Shown here one piece after another: positions 1 through 12,673 of a DNA stretch of 64,000 nucleotides. This DNA is from Anthoceros angustus (taxonomy: Eukaryota > Plantae > Anthocerotophyta), in assembly GCA_010909165.1 (NCBI GenBank), contig MU008175.1, positions 1-64,000 on the forward strand. Reading direction: 5' to 3'. Under the pieces are notes generated by a model. The model ran no database searches. It saw only the letters and a list, made by a program, of their open reading frames with translations, and had not been told where the DNA came from. The position numbers and the translations under genes are program-made. Every line of letters starts with the position of its first letter. Position 1 is the first letter of the stretch.

Positions 1-445
1 TTAAGTTTTGGTAATTAATTTTGATTACATTAAATTCTGCTTAAATGTAACTTAAGCCAGTTTTAATTGTTTTCTTAGTTAGTGGATAGCTTTCAAGTTA
101 GTGAGAGCTAACTAGCCTTTTAGTCTCATTTTGAAGCGATTCTTCACACCTAGTTCATAGTGAGTGGGAGTGATGAAATATGACCTATTTAGGGCACTCT
201 TCACTAGGGCACCTAAGGCTATTAATTAATTTAGTTCTTAGGGCTTTAGGTAGTTTAATGAGTAGTTAGTTGTTACAACCACTTAGAGGTTAGAACTACT
301 TATGGTTACAACCACCTTATGGTTATAACCACCTAGCCTATATAAAGGCTTTGTACTTTCTATTATAATCAATGCATACAACTTTTTGTGCAAAGCTTTC
401 TACTATCGCTATGTTTTGCTACCTAGGCGGCTATGATTCTCATCA
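1..445 (+). mobile_element. 3' end of an LTR-like sequence (different family) abutting and truncating the LTR at 446-813
   Basis: TATA-like CTATATAAAGG at ~338, preceded by palindromic GGTTACAACC/GGTTATAACC motifs. Ends in ...TTCTCATCA exactly where homology between 446-813 and 9911-10285 stops. Confidence 0.35.
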
Positions 446-813
446 CATACATACAGATGGAATTGCTGACCGTTGACGTCGACAATCAAGCCCCTCAGGA
501 GAACACAAAGCATATGACTCGGACACACAAGAACTACCAAGCTAGAATGCTTTGGTAGGGTCAAACAGAGCTTGAAGCTCCGCGATGAGCAAGGGGACTC
601 CGTCCGTCCATTCTTGAATGCCCTTCCAGTTAATGGCCGCTATTTGTAAGTGAGTCCTTTTCTAAAGTTGGCCCTACTTTAAACTCGGGATGCCTCGATC
701 CTATGCACCGTTGGCTCAAGAGGCGTTGTTCAGAGGTCCCTTGCTATCGAGAATAGAAGCTTCATTCACACCACACAAAACATCCCCTTGTTATTTCGTT
801 CTTATCCTTGCAC
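446..813 (-). repeat. 3' LTR (partial) of the Tat-like element
   Basis: Aligns by eye with 9911-10285 (e.g. CCTTTTCTAAAGTTGGCCCTACTTTAAACTC, AGCTTCATTCACACCACACAAAA). Homology ends at ...TATCCTTGCACA. Confidence 0.75.
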
Positions 814-3681
814 ATTGGCTCCCAGGTGCCTGGGCTCCCACACGATAAGAAGGGCAAGGATGATTCTGCACACACGACTCCATGATCCACACTTCCACAC
901 ACACACACACCACCGTGTTATTCACCCATTAAGAGCCAGGAAAGGTCTTCCATCTTCATGCACGATGGTTGGTCATTAAGGCTGCTTTATCCACAGCATT
1001 ACCTTTCAACTTTGATATAAATCGCATCAATCACATGGCTGGTCTATCAAGTCTTTCGACTCCTCTTCAATCGACTCGATTATAGGCTCCAAGGCATGCG
1101 AGTGTTGGTCGACAAAATCTATCACTTTCGGATAAGTCGGCTCGGCGTGGGATTCGGGCAGCCTTAAGGCGTCCCAGGAAGCATCATGGATGACCATTCC
1201 CAAAAGCTAAGTCTTTCTTCAAGATCCGGGCCAAAGGATATACCAAGTAATACCAATCATTGAACTCGTGACCTTCCGTGACACGCAAATCGACTAACCA
1301 AGCTTGAAGTTCCCCATGGTTGGATGGTTTTTCCGTGAAACATTGCCCACTGCAAGCTTCTACCCCAAAGACACACCGATGCGCAAGTGCATCCAAGATC
1401 CTCCCAACATTCATGACACCTCCGGGTCCATATACGCATTGGACCTACCCATCGACTCAAGTCAAGGCGCCTCATCAAAACCTTCTATCGGGCACCACTC
1501 ATGGTGCCCGCCACAAGATGACGTAAACAGGATGACTTCCTTCCTACTACGAGGCCTGCAGGCCGAGGGTCATAAGTAGGCCAAGGAGTCCATTCCTCGC
1601 CATGGCAATGCACACCTCCCATCAACTCGCTTTAAGTAGTTCTCTTGGCCACCATTGGCCACTTGTTCGGCTACCAACAATCACATTCTCATTCACCCAT
1701 CATACCCTATCCAAGTCTAATCCCCACCTAAAAATAGTCTGCTGGCTTAGGTTAGATGCCTTCAATCATGGTATGTGGCATCCTAATGGGACCGCAGCTA
1801 CTCATAGTGTTATCGAATAGAATTTCTTGAGGTGAGACCCACTCTCCTCAGCCTTCCAGATCGTTTCACCACATCTACCCGACCCATTCTCATGTATCTT
1901 TTGACAAGCCATGGGCCTTCCTAACGCGGCTCGCCGCCACTCCCTTTTGAGATACTGCGGACGTTTAGCCCGAGGACCCATTCTCCCACAGAAACCGAAC
2001 TCCTTCTGCCTCATCATACTTTTCTTTTCTCGCTTGAGTTTCTCTTCTTGATGGTGAGGTAGGCTGCTCTTGACCTCATCCAATTCATGCAACTGCATAA
2101 TCCTTGCATCTTCTTCCATAGACATAGCCTCCGGGATGCCGAATCCTCTTGGTCAGTAGTGACCGAGAGGGTACCCTAGCGTGTACTGTAGACTAACTCG
2201 AAGGGAAACTCCCACCCGTTTTAACACGGGTTCGCATGGCGAGGGCACCATACAGTGTTGATCGTGGCTCATCCCGGCAAAGTTTAGACAACACTTTGAT
2301 GGCTATCTTGTTTGAGCTTTCATTGACCATTAGCCATAGGATGATAGGCCGTTGTTAACCTATGCTTGACAAAGAACATGGACATGACTTTCTCAACCAC
2401 CTCGTTGACAAACTCTCGACCTCGATCGACACTATCTCTCTCGGACATCCAAACCTTGTGATCACATGATGTGCAGTTCCCTACCATTTCTCCACGATAG
2501 TGCGGCACGGCTTCAACCCACTTGGTAGCATAGTCGATTCACGTTATGTAGCGATTGCCATGAAATGACCTTTGATCGGACCTATACAATCAATACCCCA
2601 CTTGACAAAGGGACCGCTAGGAAACCTGGACACAACAAACCCTGCTTGACACTTGAGCAAATTTTGGCGAGACTGCAGCAATACTCACGAACATCCTTGA
2701 ACAAGGTGGGCGGTAAAACCAGCCCTCGAGAATCTTTTGACCGATTGCGATTGCATCAAAATGACCACCACACACGAGTCATGCATCTCAAAAGGATCCG
2801 AGGTATCTTCACATACAGCGTAGGACCCTATCGGGACCGATTCTAAACAACTTCCCTTCTATCATGGTGTATGCTTTCGACCAAGATTGTAACTTCCTCT
2901 TCATGCTTGGATCAGCACCCTCCGGCATTTTCCTTTCCCTAAGATAATCTGCAATTTGTTCATACAAGGCTGCAGGGTTTTCAATTTTTACAGCCATCGC
3001 TCGGAATGTCGTACCTGTGTTCGTCCTTGCATTCCTGCGAGACTGCATCACCAACTTATGTGCCTTAATATTCGAGCTTCGTGTGTAGAAAACCCACTCC
3101 ATCCATTGTCGCCACAACTCTTGCGATTTGTATCAAGGCGGGGTTGCCCTGTACTAGCACTGCTTGTATTCGGACCTCAAGCAACATTCACGAGTCATGG
3201 CTCTTGATCATTACCGCTTTGCTCCACACACTTCCACTAACCTGCCGGGATCGCCATTGCCGGCCCTCCTTGTGGTTACGCGGCCCACGGTCCTAGATAT
3301 CGAGCAGATCCGCACTCACAGATCTCACTATTGCGCCAATCCTGCGTTGCCAAATAACACCGCAGCTCGTTCACACTCGGATGTCCGTCCAGCTTCTTCC
3401 TCATACTCATCCGGGCCTTGCAAGACAGCTCGACATACCGCGCAATTCTTAGAGACATGGCTTGTGAACACCTCGGGCGATGGTTCCTCCTTCAAAGCTA
3501 ATTTGGCGGTCATTGACAAGCTCGTTCCTTTGTCGTGGCACATGTGTCAAGGACACTTTGCTTCAAACTTCTGCATTAGCTCCGAGCTGGTGAAGAGCTC
3601 TCAAATTCCTACGCACTTCATATGTTCCATGCAAGCTGCTTGACAAGTAGTTGGCTATCCGAAAGCATTGATCGCACTCTA

Positions 3682-3870
3682 TCATGCTAGCTTTAAACCA
3701 TGTAGGAAAGCTTGGTACTCCGCCTCGTTGTTAGTAGCTAAAGGAATCGCAAAGCTTTCCTTCACGTTTCCTTGCATCGGGGCCATCAGCACCACACCTA
3801 CTCCAGCACGGCCATGCGCTACAGCTCCATCGGTCCACAATTTCCATGTGTCAGCATCACTCAATGCAGA
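3682..3870 (-). pseudogene. Additional archaeal-type RNase H domain of pol
   Basis: WKLWTDGAVAHGRAGVGVVL...ATNNEAEYQAFLHGLKLA matches the RNase HI-like DG / NNxAEY motifs. It lies between RT-RH and INT, as in Tat-clade elements. Confidence 0.8.
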
Positions 3871-5017
3871 TGGGTCAGCCCAAAGTGCAGCCAAGGTTGG
3901 GTTACCTTTTGCTTCCTCTTCAGCAGCTTCTTTCTTTCTCCTACGACTTGGCACAGTGAGAGTCAAGGCTTCCTCCATTTTGCTCGACGACCTTGAAGAT
4001 CGATGCCCTTGCATGCATATCCACACAGGCGCCTCCAAGCTCTAAATTTTAGTGACTTGATCGGACTTCAAAGTCATATCCGAGTATACATACCCATTTT
4101 GCAAATCGTCCAGGTGGGATTGGGTATCATCATCGGTGTCGTGCGCATGTAGGCTAACCGGAAAAAATTTGCACGATGCCGGTAATGGTGGAACTTCTTC
4201 GTTCGCAACCATTCCTGCCGTCACTTGCTCAAACGCATTGCATGTCTCACATCCGGTCATAAGCCTACCGCAAAGTATATTGGCGGTAGCAATCTCATCA
4301 TCCTGGAATAAGTTGTATTCGAGATGCTCTTGTTACTTCCACACTCACATAGAATGTCCTTGACCAATCGGTGGTTTCATGACTGGGTGACACCATTAAA
4401 TTTTGTAACCGCTCGTAGGATTCCATCATTGGTTCATCCCATACCAGCTCACGATTCTTCGCGTGGATTTATGCGGAGGTCTTTGCTACCTCTGTGAAAT
4501 TGGGTATTAACCTCCTGTAGTAACTTGCTTTGTACAAATGATCTTACTTCCTCATGCTGCGGCGGGCCTTGGCCGAAACTTCTTGATCTTCCCGGGCTCG
4601 CATGTACACCTTTGGAATCAATCATGAACCCCAAAAGTTCCCCTTGATGTGACAAATATGCACTTCAAGGATTTAACCCGATATTTGCTAGGGTCGACAG
4701 AGAACACTTCCTCCAAGTTTCTGGATGATCGACTCTTCTCCCATACACGGCAAAGTCATCTAAGAAAACGTAGGAACTTCCCTCTTTGTGGTGCCCAGAG
4801 CCTCCATCATGACTTCACAAAACAGATGGCGCGTGCAAAGGCGAAAGGCATTACCTTGTACATGAACACACCCCATGGTGTCACAAAAAGCGATCTTGGG
4901 TGATCTTCTTCACGGAATAGCGACACGATGAAATCACAGAATAACCGCCATAAAGAGTATGTCGTGACCGGAAACCTCATCGATATCTCATCCACATGAG
5001 AGAAGGGAAACCTGTGA

Positions 5018-6987
5018 CATAATATTTGGGCGGTGAATATACATCAAGCGGCTTTTAGCGTGAATATCAGCGAGCAGGGTTTTTGATGGGCATTGAAATG
5101 CCATATTTAAGCATACCACTAGAGGCACACAATTAGGGTGTCGTAGAAGTTTATATCTTTTTGAGTGGTAGACAAAGGTTTCCTTCTATGGGGCGACCAT
5201 TGTTTTCGATGGAAATGATGCCCATGTTGTTAATCCATGCGATTCGTTAAACAACAAAGAAATGAACATGGACGATCATCTCTCGTAGTAGCATCAAGGA
5301 ATGCATACGGCTATTTCTATATTCACTATACATCCCATCCAGATACGACGTCTTTGTGCACAATGAGGGTATGAAGACCCTAAACATACCATAGTGACAC
5401 ACTTGGCGCCGCATGCCGGCGCCCAAGTCATGCCCACGGTTACGTGCCTTGGCGCCGGCATGCCGCCCAAGATTCATGGTCTTGGCAATGAATGCCTGAC
5501 GATGACACCCTCCTTCTTCTAAGAAACTACTTGAACCGTAATGGCTTCTCCAGACTGCTCAACGTCGGACAGACACCTAAGCAAGTGGCTAAGAAACCAC
5601 CTGAAGCGTGATGGCTTCTCCGGATAGGCTATAAAAAACAAGGAGCATGGAGGAGCATAGGGCATGAAGAAGAAGAAGAAGGAAGATGAGGGTAGGAGGG
5701 CGCCGGCATGCCGGCGTCTTCATTTAACATATACCTTATGTTTTGGGATATTCAACATGGAAAAGTTAATGAAGCGGTAAGACTAGGGGATTGTAATGGA
5801 GAGGTCTTGGGTTCAAGTTTGTTTTAGGGCATGAAGCCCCTTTAAAATAAATTTTCCTAAATGGAGAGGTCTTGTTCGTTTTTAGGGCCGCTTATGCTTT
5901 AAAGATAAATTTTCCTAGTGTGTAGGGAATATGGATTGAAATGAGAGAGATTATAATATGACGTTACTAGTTCAAGTCATGCTTTTTATTTTGGCCAGCA
6001 TAGTTTGCTTGTCTATTTTGGCCAGATAGTTTGTGTTGTAAAAGTGATAGATAATTGCTCGGTTTCAAATCTCCTTATTCTAGTAATTCCTAATCTTGAC
6101 TCAAAATCATGGAAATTATTTTCAAATTTCAACGGTTTAAGCACGCTGCTTGAAATTACCCATGCCCTAATATTCATGATTGCAAATTGCACGAATCGAA
6201 CGGTGAAGAGAGACATGACACGCCAAGTTTCTTCCCTCTTCTCGAGCTCACCGCAGCCATGACTATCTTTCTACGGAGGTCATAGCAATTGAACACGATT
6301 TTGTGTGTTAGACACCATCTTTGTGAGCGACCAAGGCCGCATCGCCATCGGAAGTGTCAAAGGTAGTGTGTTCTTTCTCATTCTCTTGCCGAGCAAGCGA
6401 CACATGGCCTAATGAATGTAAGTCATAATGTGCATGGGTGCACGATGACATGTGTAAGCCCTAGTGTTAATGCGGATGCACATCGGCCACGAAAACTTAT
6501 CTAAGGACGCCGCATGCCGCCCCTATGGAGGAGCATAAGAGCATAGGGTGCTAGCATATTGGTGCCTTCATTAGTATAACCCTAACCCTAGGGTTAGAGT
6601 TTAGGTCTCGACTTGTTTTGTTTCATGTTAGGCACTGGGGTCGAGGTTACATATTATGTTGAAGTTTGTGTTAGTAGCAGCCGATGCCGGCCTCCGGTTT
6701 CCTCGAATCCTTTCATGAGTAAATTGTGGCCGATTTTGATCCGCTCCATGACACCCTATTGTAAACATGTTGAGGGGCTCAAGATGGGCACCGGTAAGTA
6801 AGCGGCCAACCACCATACCTAGATGTGTATTTCTCTTACAAATGGATTGAAATTGTAATCGAAGGAATACCACCTACCCAAATAATCAAAAATGCTTAAA
6901 TATGTAATATAGTTATCACAGATTTGCGTAAGAGGGTTTTGATTTCGAAGCGGGTTCAGTATATTGATGGCTTCTGCAAATATTATG
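5018..6987. mobile_element. ~1.97-kb non-coding insertion with short TIRs, splitting the RT domain
   Basis: CATAATATTTG at 5018-5028 and CAAATATTATG at 6977-6987, with weaker inverted similarity inward. RT reads ...ELNKATRKD on one side and (H)RFPFSHVDEI on the other. Approximate GTG duplication on both flanks. Confidence 0.55.
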
Positions 6988-9910
6988 GTGTTCTCGTCCT
7001 TCCTCGTAGCTTTGTTTAACTCGAAAGTCGACACACATCCTAATTTTCCCATTCTTCTTCATCGAAATTACTATCGGGGATACCCACTGGATATTGCACC
7101 GCTTCTATGCATCCAGACTTTCAACCTCATTACTTCTTCCGTACCTCCGTGCATAAGGCCGGTGACAACCGTCTGGGTTCGCACCCTTGGTTTTGTGCCC
7201 AGGATATCGATTTTGAACTTGCGAGGTTCGTAGTTGGCATTTCTTCGGCCCGTGATGAACAAATGTTCATATCTCGGAGAAAAGATTCTGTAACGCTCAA
7301 GTTCCTCTCCTTCTATGTCCGTACCAACTTTGGCAACCTTCTCGACCGCTATTCCAAAAACTTCAATTCCTTCAAGTCGGGATGTGGATGTCGATGTTTG
7401 AGCTTATCTTGGGCCAATCGAATGGATAGGATGTGGAGTGTCTCTGGTTCACTGTTGAATGCTTCGCTGGTGAAATCCACCTCCTGGTCTGAACCACTAT
7501 CACCATACACAGAGGCTTCAGATCCTGTTTCAGAGGTGCTACTTGTCATGTTGAACTCTACAGGCTGCCATGCCTTGATCTGAACCCGGTGCGCTGGCGG
7601 GCCAATTTCTGTGATTCCAGATCCCGGTGATCGGCTTTCACTAACTCTAACCATGGTTGGCCTAGGATGACACCATATGCCCGGGAAGTTCCACAGGTGA
7701 AACCTATCCATACTCTTACTCGTGAACAACAACCTTGATGTTTTCCGGGACCCCACCACAGGGAGCTTTGTATTGGACGCATCTCAAGACTTGCTTACAT
7801 GCTAGTCCATGGGTGGTACCTAGACCAAGATCTTGAGCCAAGCGGCATTGATCAAGTTCGTAGATGACCCTCCATCCACGGCTTCGGGACCTCGACCTCA
7901 TTGATCCAAGCCGTCACGGTGAGTCATTTTATGAGCCATCCAATTGGTCGGTTTGATGAGTCGGATTGCCGCTATCGCCAATGTTGTGGCAACTTCCCTT
8001 TTAGCTTAGCCTTCCTTTCTTGTGCTTCAACTCCAGTACTTAAGGCGGTGGTGATCTCGTCGTCAGCAGGGAGGATTCCAATTACCTGAATGTCATTTTT
8101 ACTTCCTATCCGCAAGATCTTCCACAAGTGAGTATGGCGGTGCACACCGGCAATTGGAGGAACAACGCCTCCTTACGTCTTCGCCTCAGGCTTCAAGAGC
8201 GCCGATGTCTTCCATCTCTATTTCGCCCAGCCACACTTCCTTCTTTCCTTTGTTGTTTCGCCTCTTTTGTATAGTCATCTTGCCGGATGAGAGCGCTTCG
8301 CCACCGCAGCTAGCACGGAACCGCACGATGGTTGCCTTTGTTGGCATGCAAGCTTGGTGAAGACTCCTCGACGACAATCTCCTCTTCCGGCGCGGGGTTT
8401 CGTGTCCGGCCTATAGGTTTGGCGGTACCTCGACCACGACTGGTGCACCTCCTCGACCTCCCGCTGCCGCTTGACGAGTTCTTAGGACATCTCCACTCTA
8501 TGTGGCCATGCTCCCCGCAGCTAACACATGGTGTGTTCATGCAACAGTGTGTTCTGGAGATCCACACTTCTTGCATGGTTCAGGGCTTCATTGTTGTCGG
8601 CTCATGTGTCTTCCCGACCGCCATCCTCGTGATCATGGCCTCCAACTCGTTCACTCTCTTTGACATCATAGCCGTGGTCCTTGATTTCTTCATCTTGTGC
8701 GCTTTTCTTTTCGAGATGGCGCTCGAATGGGGCTCTCGGACGAAGGATCGAGTCCCGAATGGCTCTGCCACGATGGCGTTCTGTGCAGGCTTACGCTTGG
8801 CTGCGTGAGGAAACTTTGCTTTTTTCATGGCTAGCTCAATGACATCATCCAAGGTCCTCTCTTCATCTTCCATCCGTGGTGTAAAACTCATTTCTTAAGC
8901 CATGTATGAACTTCCGCTTCACCTTCTTGAGTTTTCCGCCTTCCTTTGTGTAGCCTAGCTTCTTCACTGGTCTCAGCTCCACATATGTTGCGATGGATTC
9001 GACTTTACTTTCCGACAGTAATCAAGCTGATCTTTGATTCCTTGTGGAAAGACTCACTTGAACTTAGTTAAGAAGGCAACACACAGCACTCCAACACGCT
9101 CATCCTCCAATGTCTCATACCATACCGGACTCCCTTGCGAGATGCTGGAAATACTTCAAGTACTTTTTCTGCTCCCATCAAGCGAGCTTTTAAAACCTTC
9201 TTGAACAACCAGATGTTCGTCAGATCTTCATTTGGGGACCCATAGATGCGTGGCAAGGTATTGGGGTCAAGACCGGGCTTCATGTGTCGATCCCAATACC
9301 CCATGTCCACAAGCTACTTTCGGACAGGTGGTTTCTAACAACTCACACTTTCGGCGGACTCTTTGACTATCCTTGCAAGAAAGAGGCCGATATGATAGAG
9401 GAGTTGGGGAAAACCAAAAGGAAGACGGTATCTTGGCAAAGCAATCATTTCTTTTATGGTCACCTTTACTACCTCGCTCTATTCCTATTTGTCGGTTTGA
9501 AGCATTCCTCATACTAGGACTAAGCAATGCCGGAAACGCTGGTTCAGACGTATGATACCCAAGGGATGTGGTAGTCGTGGTGTATGTACAAAAATCTACG
9601 CCTTTCACACACCGCTTGCTATCGTGGACACGTCATGCCAAATGTTAAATACTCTATTCCTTGAGGTAGCAGCCCATCCCAAGAGGGAGATCCCTACCCT
9701 TCTACTTGTAACAGCCCCGCACATTCTCGAGATGCTCCTATGGACTTTCCTATTGAACGCATCGGGTGACGAATGACCTCTCGTATGTCGACGGAATGGG
9801 CGTGTTAGTCTCGACTATGGGGACGTCGTGACTTGCCGCCAGGTCACCGTGGCCGGGGAAGAGCGCCCACAACTTGATGTGGCCTAGTCTTTGCGCTCAC
9901 CGAGTCCCGC

Positions 9911-10285
9911 ACATACATACATACATGATGGAATTGCGCACGATCACGCAAGAATCAAGTCCCTCGGAGAACAAAGCATATGACTCACACAAAGAACTAC
10001 CAAGCTAGAATGCTGGTAGGGTCAAGGCACAAGAGCTTAGTATCTCCGCAGTGAGCAAGGGGACTCTGTCCCGTCCATTGCTGAATGCCCCTTCCAGATT
10101 ACAATGGCCGCTATTTGAAGGAGTCCTTTTCTAAAGTTGGCCCTACTTTAAACTCAGGATGCCCTACTGAATCCTATGCACCTGGCTCCAAGAGGCGTTG
10201 TTGCAGAGGTCCCTACATTTAATAGAAAGCTTCATTCACACCACACAAAATATCCCCCTTGTTATTTCGTTCTTATCCTTGCACA
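9911..10285 (-). repeat. 5' LTR (at least the part shared with 446-813) of the Tat-like element
   Basis: Direct repeat of 446-813. The true LTR may extend further toward gag. Confidence 0.7.
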
Positions 10286-11046
10286 GACCCAAACCCCTTT
10301 AATGGAGAATAACCCCTATCCAGAGAGATAATGTTAGTATCGAATGCGTGCATGGAAGAACTCACTTTCGAGCCGCATCGGCAGGGGCCTCCCGCCTGGG
10401 CAAAGGAGGTACAGCTTGGCATAAGTAAAAAGGATTGCTTGAAAGCACAGGTTATTGCATTGAGTGCGAGAAAGTTGAAGACTACAAAGGGTGAACTATT
10501 GGATGAGGGACAATAGACCCTAGATACTGTATGGAAGTCGACGCCGTTAGAAGCACATCCCAAAAATGACACCAATAAAGATGAGCAGGCATTTGGGGAG
10601 GATGACAACTTTGACGAGCAAGAGGTGGAGCGCATCCGGAATGTGGTTGTTGTCTTGGACTCGGTATTGGCGCAAGGCATGGACGAGTCTCAAATAACCC
10701 CTCATGAATGACCATTGTAGATGTTGATGTGCAGTACCTGTCATAGGTGTTTGAGGTAGCAAGTTTAATCGTTTCCTGTAATGCCACTATGACCACTCCA
10801 TATTGTACTGTGATGTTTTGACCCATGTAAAACATTCTCTTTTTTCATTTGGGAAACTTTGAGTTTAATAGTTGCCCACTTTGCAGTTTACAAGGCGCCG
10901 GTCGGCCGGTGTCCTTCACTGGTCCGTTTCAGTTGTTTTGCGATGAAATGCATCTGCGTCCCGCATGGTATGTACATTAACACATCTGGCCGGAATCGCC
11001 AATCTGAGGAGGGTGTAAACTTCGTGAAGGGGGTGCACTTTCAACA

Positions 11047-11126
11047 GTAGGGGGTTTGTATATACAAACCCCCTACCCCCTACTGTTATTTCAAGGGGGT
11101 GAATATTTATATTCACCCCCTTGAAA
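11047..11126. repeat. Two adjacent perfect hairpins
   Basis: 30-bp perfect palindrome GTAGGGGGTTTGTATATACAAACCCCCTAC (11047-11076). 17-bp stem with 4-nt loop, TTTCAAGGGGGTGAATA-TTTA-TATTCACCCCCTTGAAA (11089-11126). Confidence 0.9.
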
Positions 11127-11129
11127 AAT

Positions 11130-12460
11130 TATGATGTTGTACATGATGACATAGATATGACTGAAGCACGCCAAGATCAGACCCGTGAGATGCCCAACAT
11201 GTTTGTTGCCTCATGGCTCAGGAAGATGACCAGTCTGAACATGTTATGTTGGGAAAATCCAACAAAGATATTTGGAAGCAAGAAAAGGCCATTCAGTTTC
11301 TGCAACATGGCAGAGTAGATGGTCAGATGCTGCTCTCTCGACTGTCCAGGTTGCAACGACGAGTTGCTAGGTACATTTGGCAGGATGACAAGCTCATGGT
11401 TCAGGATGGTGATGTGCAAAAGGAGGTGCCACCACCAGTAGACCGGAACCTAATTGTACTCAAGGTACACAAAACATTGGGGCATTTTGGTGTCAAAAAG
11501 ACACATCATCTGTTGAAGACTACCTATTTCTGATCAGGTATGTACAAGGATGTTGACAACACAGTGGCCAAATGTGCAATATGTGATGCCGTAAAAGCTC
11601 GGTTCAACACACAAGATGTTGTGCTGCACTCGTTACCAATTCGTGGGCTTTTCTTTCGCAGGTCAGTCGACCTTATGCTCGAATTGCCACTAACCAAGTA
11701 GGATAATAGGCATTGTATGGTCATGATTGAGCATTTCTCCAGTGGGTGGAGATTGCTTTCTTGCTGGCAAGGACGTCGATTTATATACTGCGAGGGCATT
11801 CCTCCGGTGTGCTTTAAGTCGATATGAAAGCTGCGCAGAAGTCTTTACGGATCAAGGGAATGAGTTCAGGGGTGACTTCCAAGCTCTATTGGATCAGAGT
11901 CTGATCGACCATCGCAAAACCTCTCGTGACCATCTCCAGGCCGATGGGTTGGCTGAAAGGCTGGTACAGACATTCCAAGATGCCTTGAGGACATACTGCA
12001 TCGAGGTGGATGCAAGTGGTTGGGATGAGTTGCTTCCCTACATAGTTACTTGGCTATCGCATCGGTATGCATGCTACCCTTGGAGACTTGACTCCTTATT
12101 ATCTGATATTTGGAAGAAACGCAGCGCTGCCTAACACAGTCCAAGATAGATATTCAAGGCCAGTGGACCGGAGCAATGATCCAGATGCATGTTTGCTGGA
12201 GTTGCAAGCAAGAGGGAGGTTGTTGAAGTGGGTGTTGCCCATGGCAATGGATAACTTGGCCATGGCCCAGCACTAACTTCGCTATGCTTTCATTCGTGGA
12301 GGTTCATGGAAACCAATGGCAATGGATAACTTGGCCATGGCCCTTTGCCATGGCCCAACACAGGGACCATGGATAACTTGGCCATGGCCCAACATGGGGA
12401 CCAACTTCGCTATGGTTTCACTCATGGAGGTTCATGGAAACCAAAGGCACGAAAGTTTCA
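11130..12460 (+). pseudogene. Orphan Ty3/gypsy integrase remnant (H2C2 zinc finger + rve core)
   Basis: VHKTLGHFGVKKT...CAICDAVK zinc-binding domain, then FTDQGNEFRGDFQALLDQSLIDHRKTSRDHLQADGLAERLVQ core, then MAMDNLAMAQH..GGSWKP. Contains stops and frameshifts; no RT or LTR adjacent. Confidence 0.85.
12241..12445 (+). repeat. Scrambled local duplications at the integrase C-terminus
   Basis: ATGGATAACTTGGCCATGGCCC occurs 3 times. AACTTCGCTATG...GGAGGTTCATGGAAACCAA occurs twice. Confidence 0.8.
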
Positions 12461-12673
12461 AGCATTACACCTCTTGTGAAGCATTCGTTTTTCAAACATT
12501 GGACGACATAACCCTTTTTCTTTCTCAAAACTGCTGCTCTTCTACGAGTCCGTCTTGGTTGCACATCGTTCGCAGACAATATGGGTTATTGATTTTCTCA
12601 CTATCGTTAAAATTCTTCCCTTCAACTCTTTGTCACGCCTCGTCCACAGACGGTGTTGATCCTACCACCTTTG

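Larger units (their letters stand above)
446..10285 (-). mobile_element. Degenerate Ty3/gypsy LTR retrotransposon, Tat-like (gag-PR-RT-RH-aRH-INT)
   Basis: ~370-bp direct repeats at 446-813 and 9911-10285, both beginning TGTGCAAGG on the minus strand. Minus-strand remnants: gag (~8310-9310, zinc knuckle CVSCGEHGHIEWRC), protease (YGVILGQPWL, ~7620-7950), RT (CVxxxELNKATRKD ~7000; TPWGVFMYKVMPF ~4850), archaeal-type RNase H (3682-3870), integrase (~1800-2900, LTTAYHPMANGQ). Confidence 0.85.

Noticed and set aside
10290-10850. RT remnant on the minus strand (SIQYLGSIV)
   Set aside because: Single weak motif with no YxDD or PFGL support; left unassigned.
11130-12460. Ginger-type integrase-only DNA transposon
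   Set aside because: The upstream sequence looks like the pol RH-INT linker and no TIR pair was found; a truncated retrotransposon is simpler.
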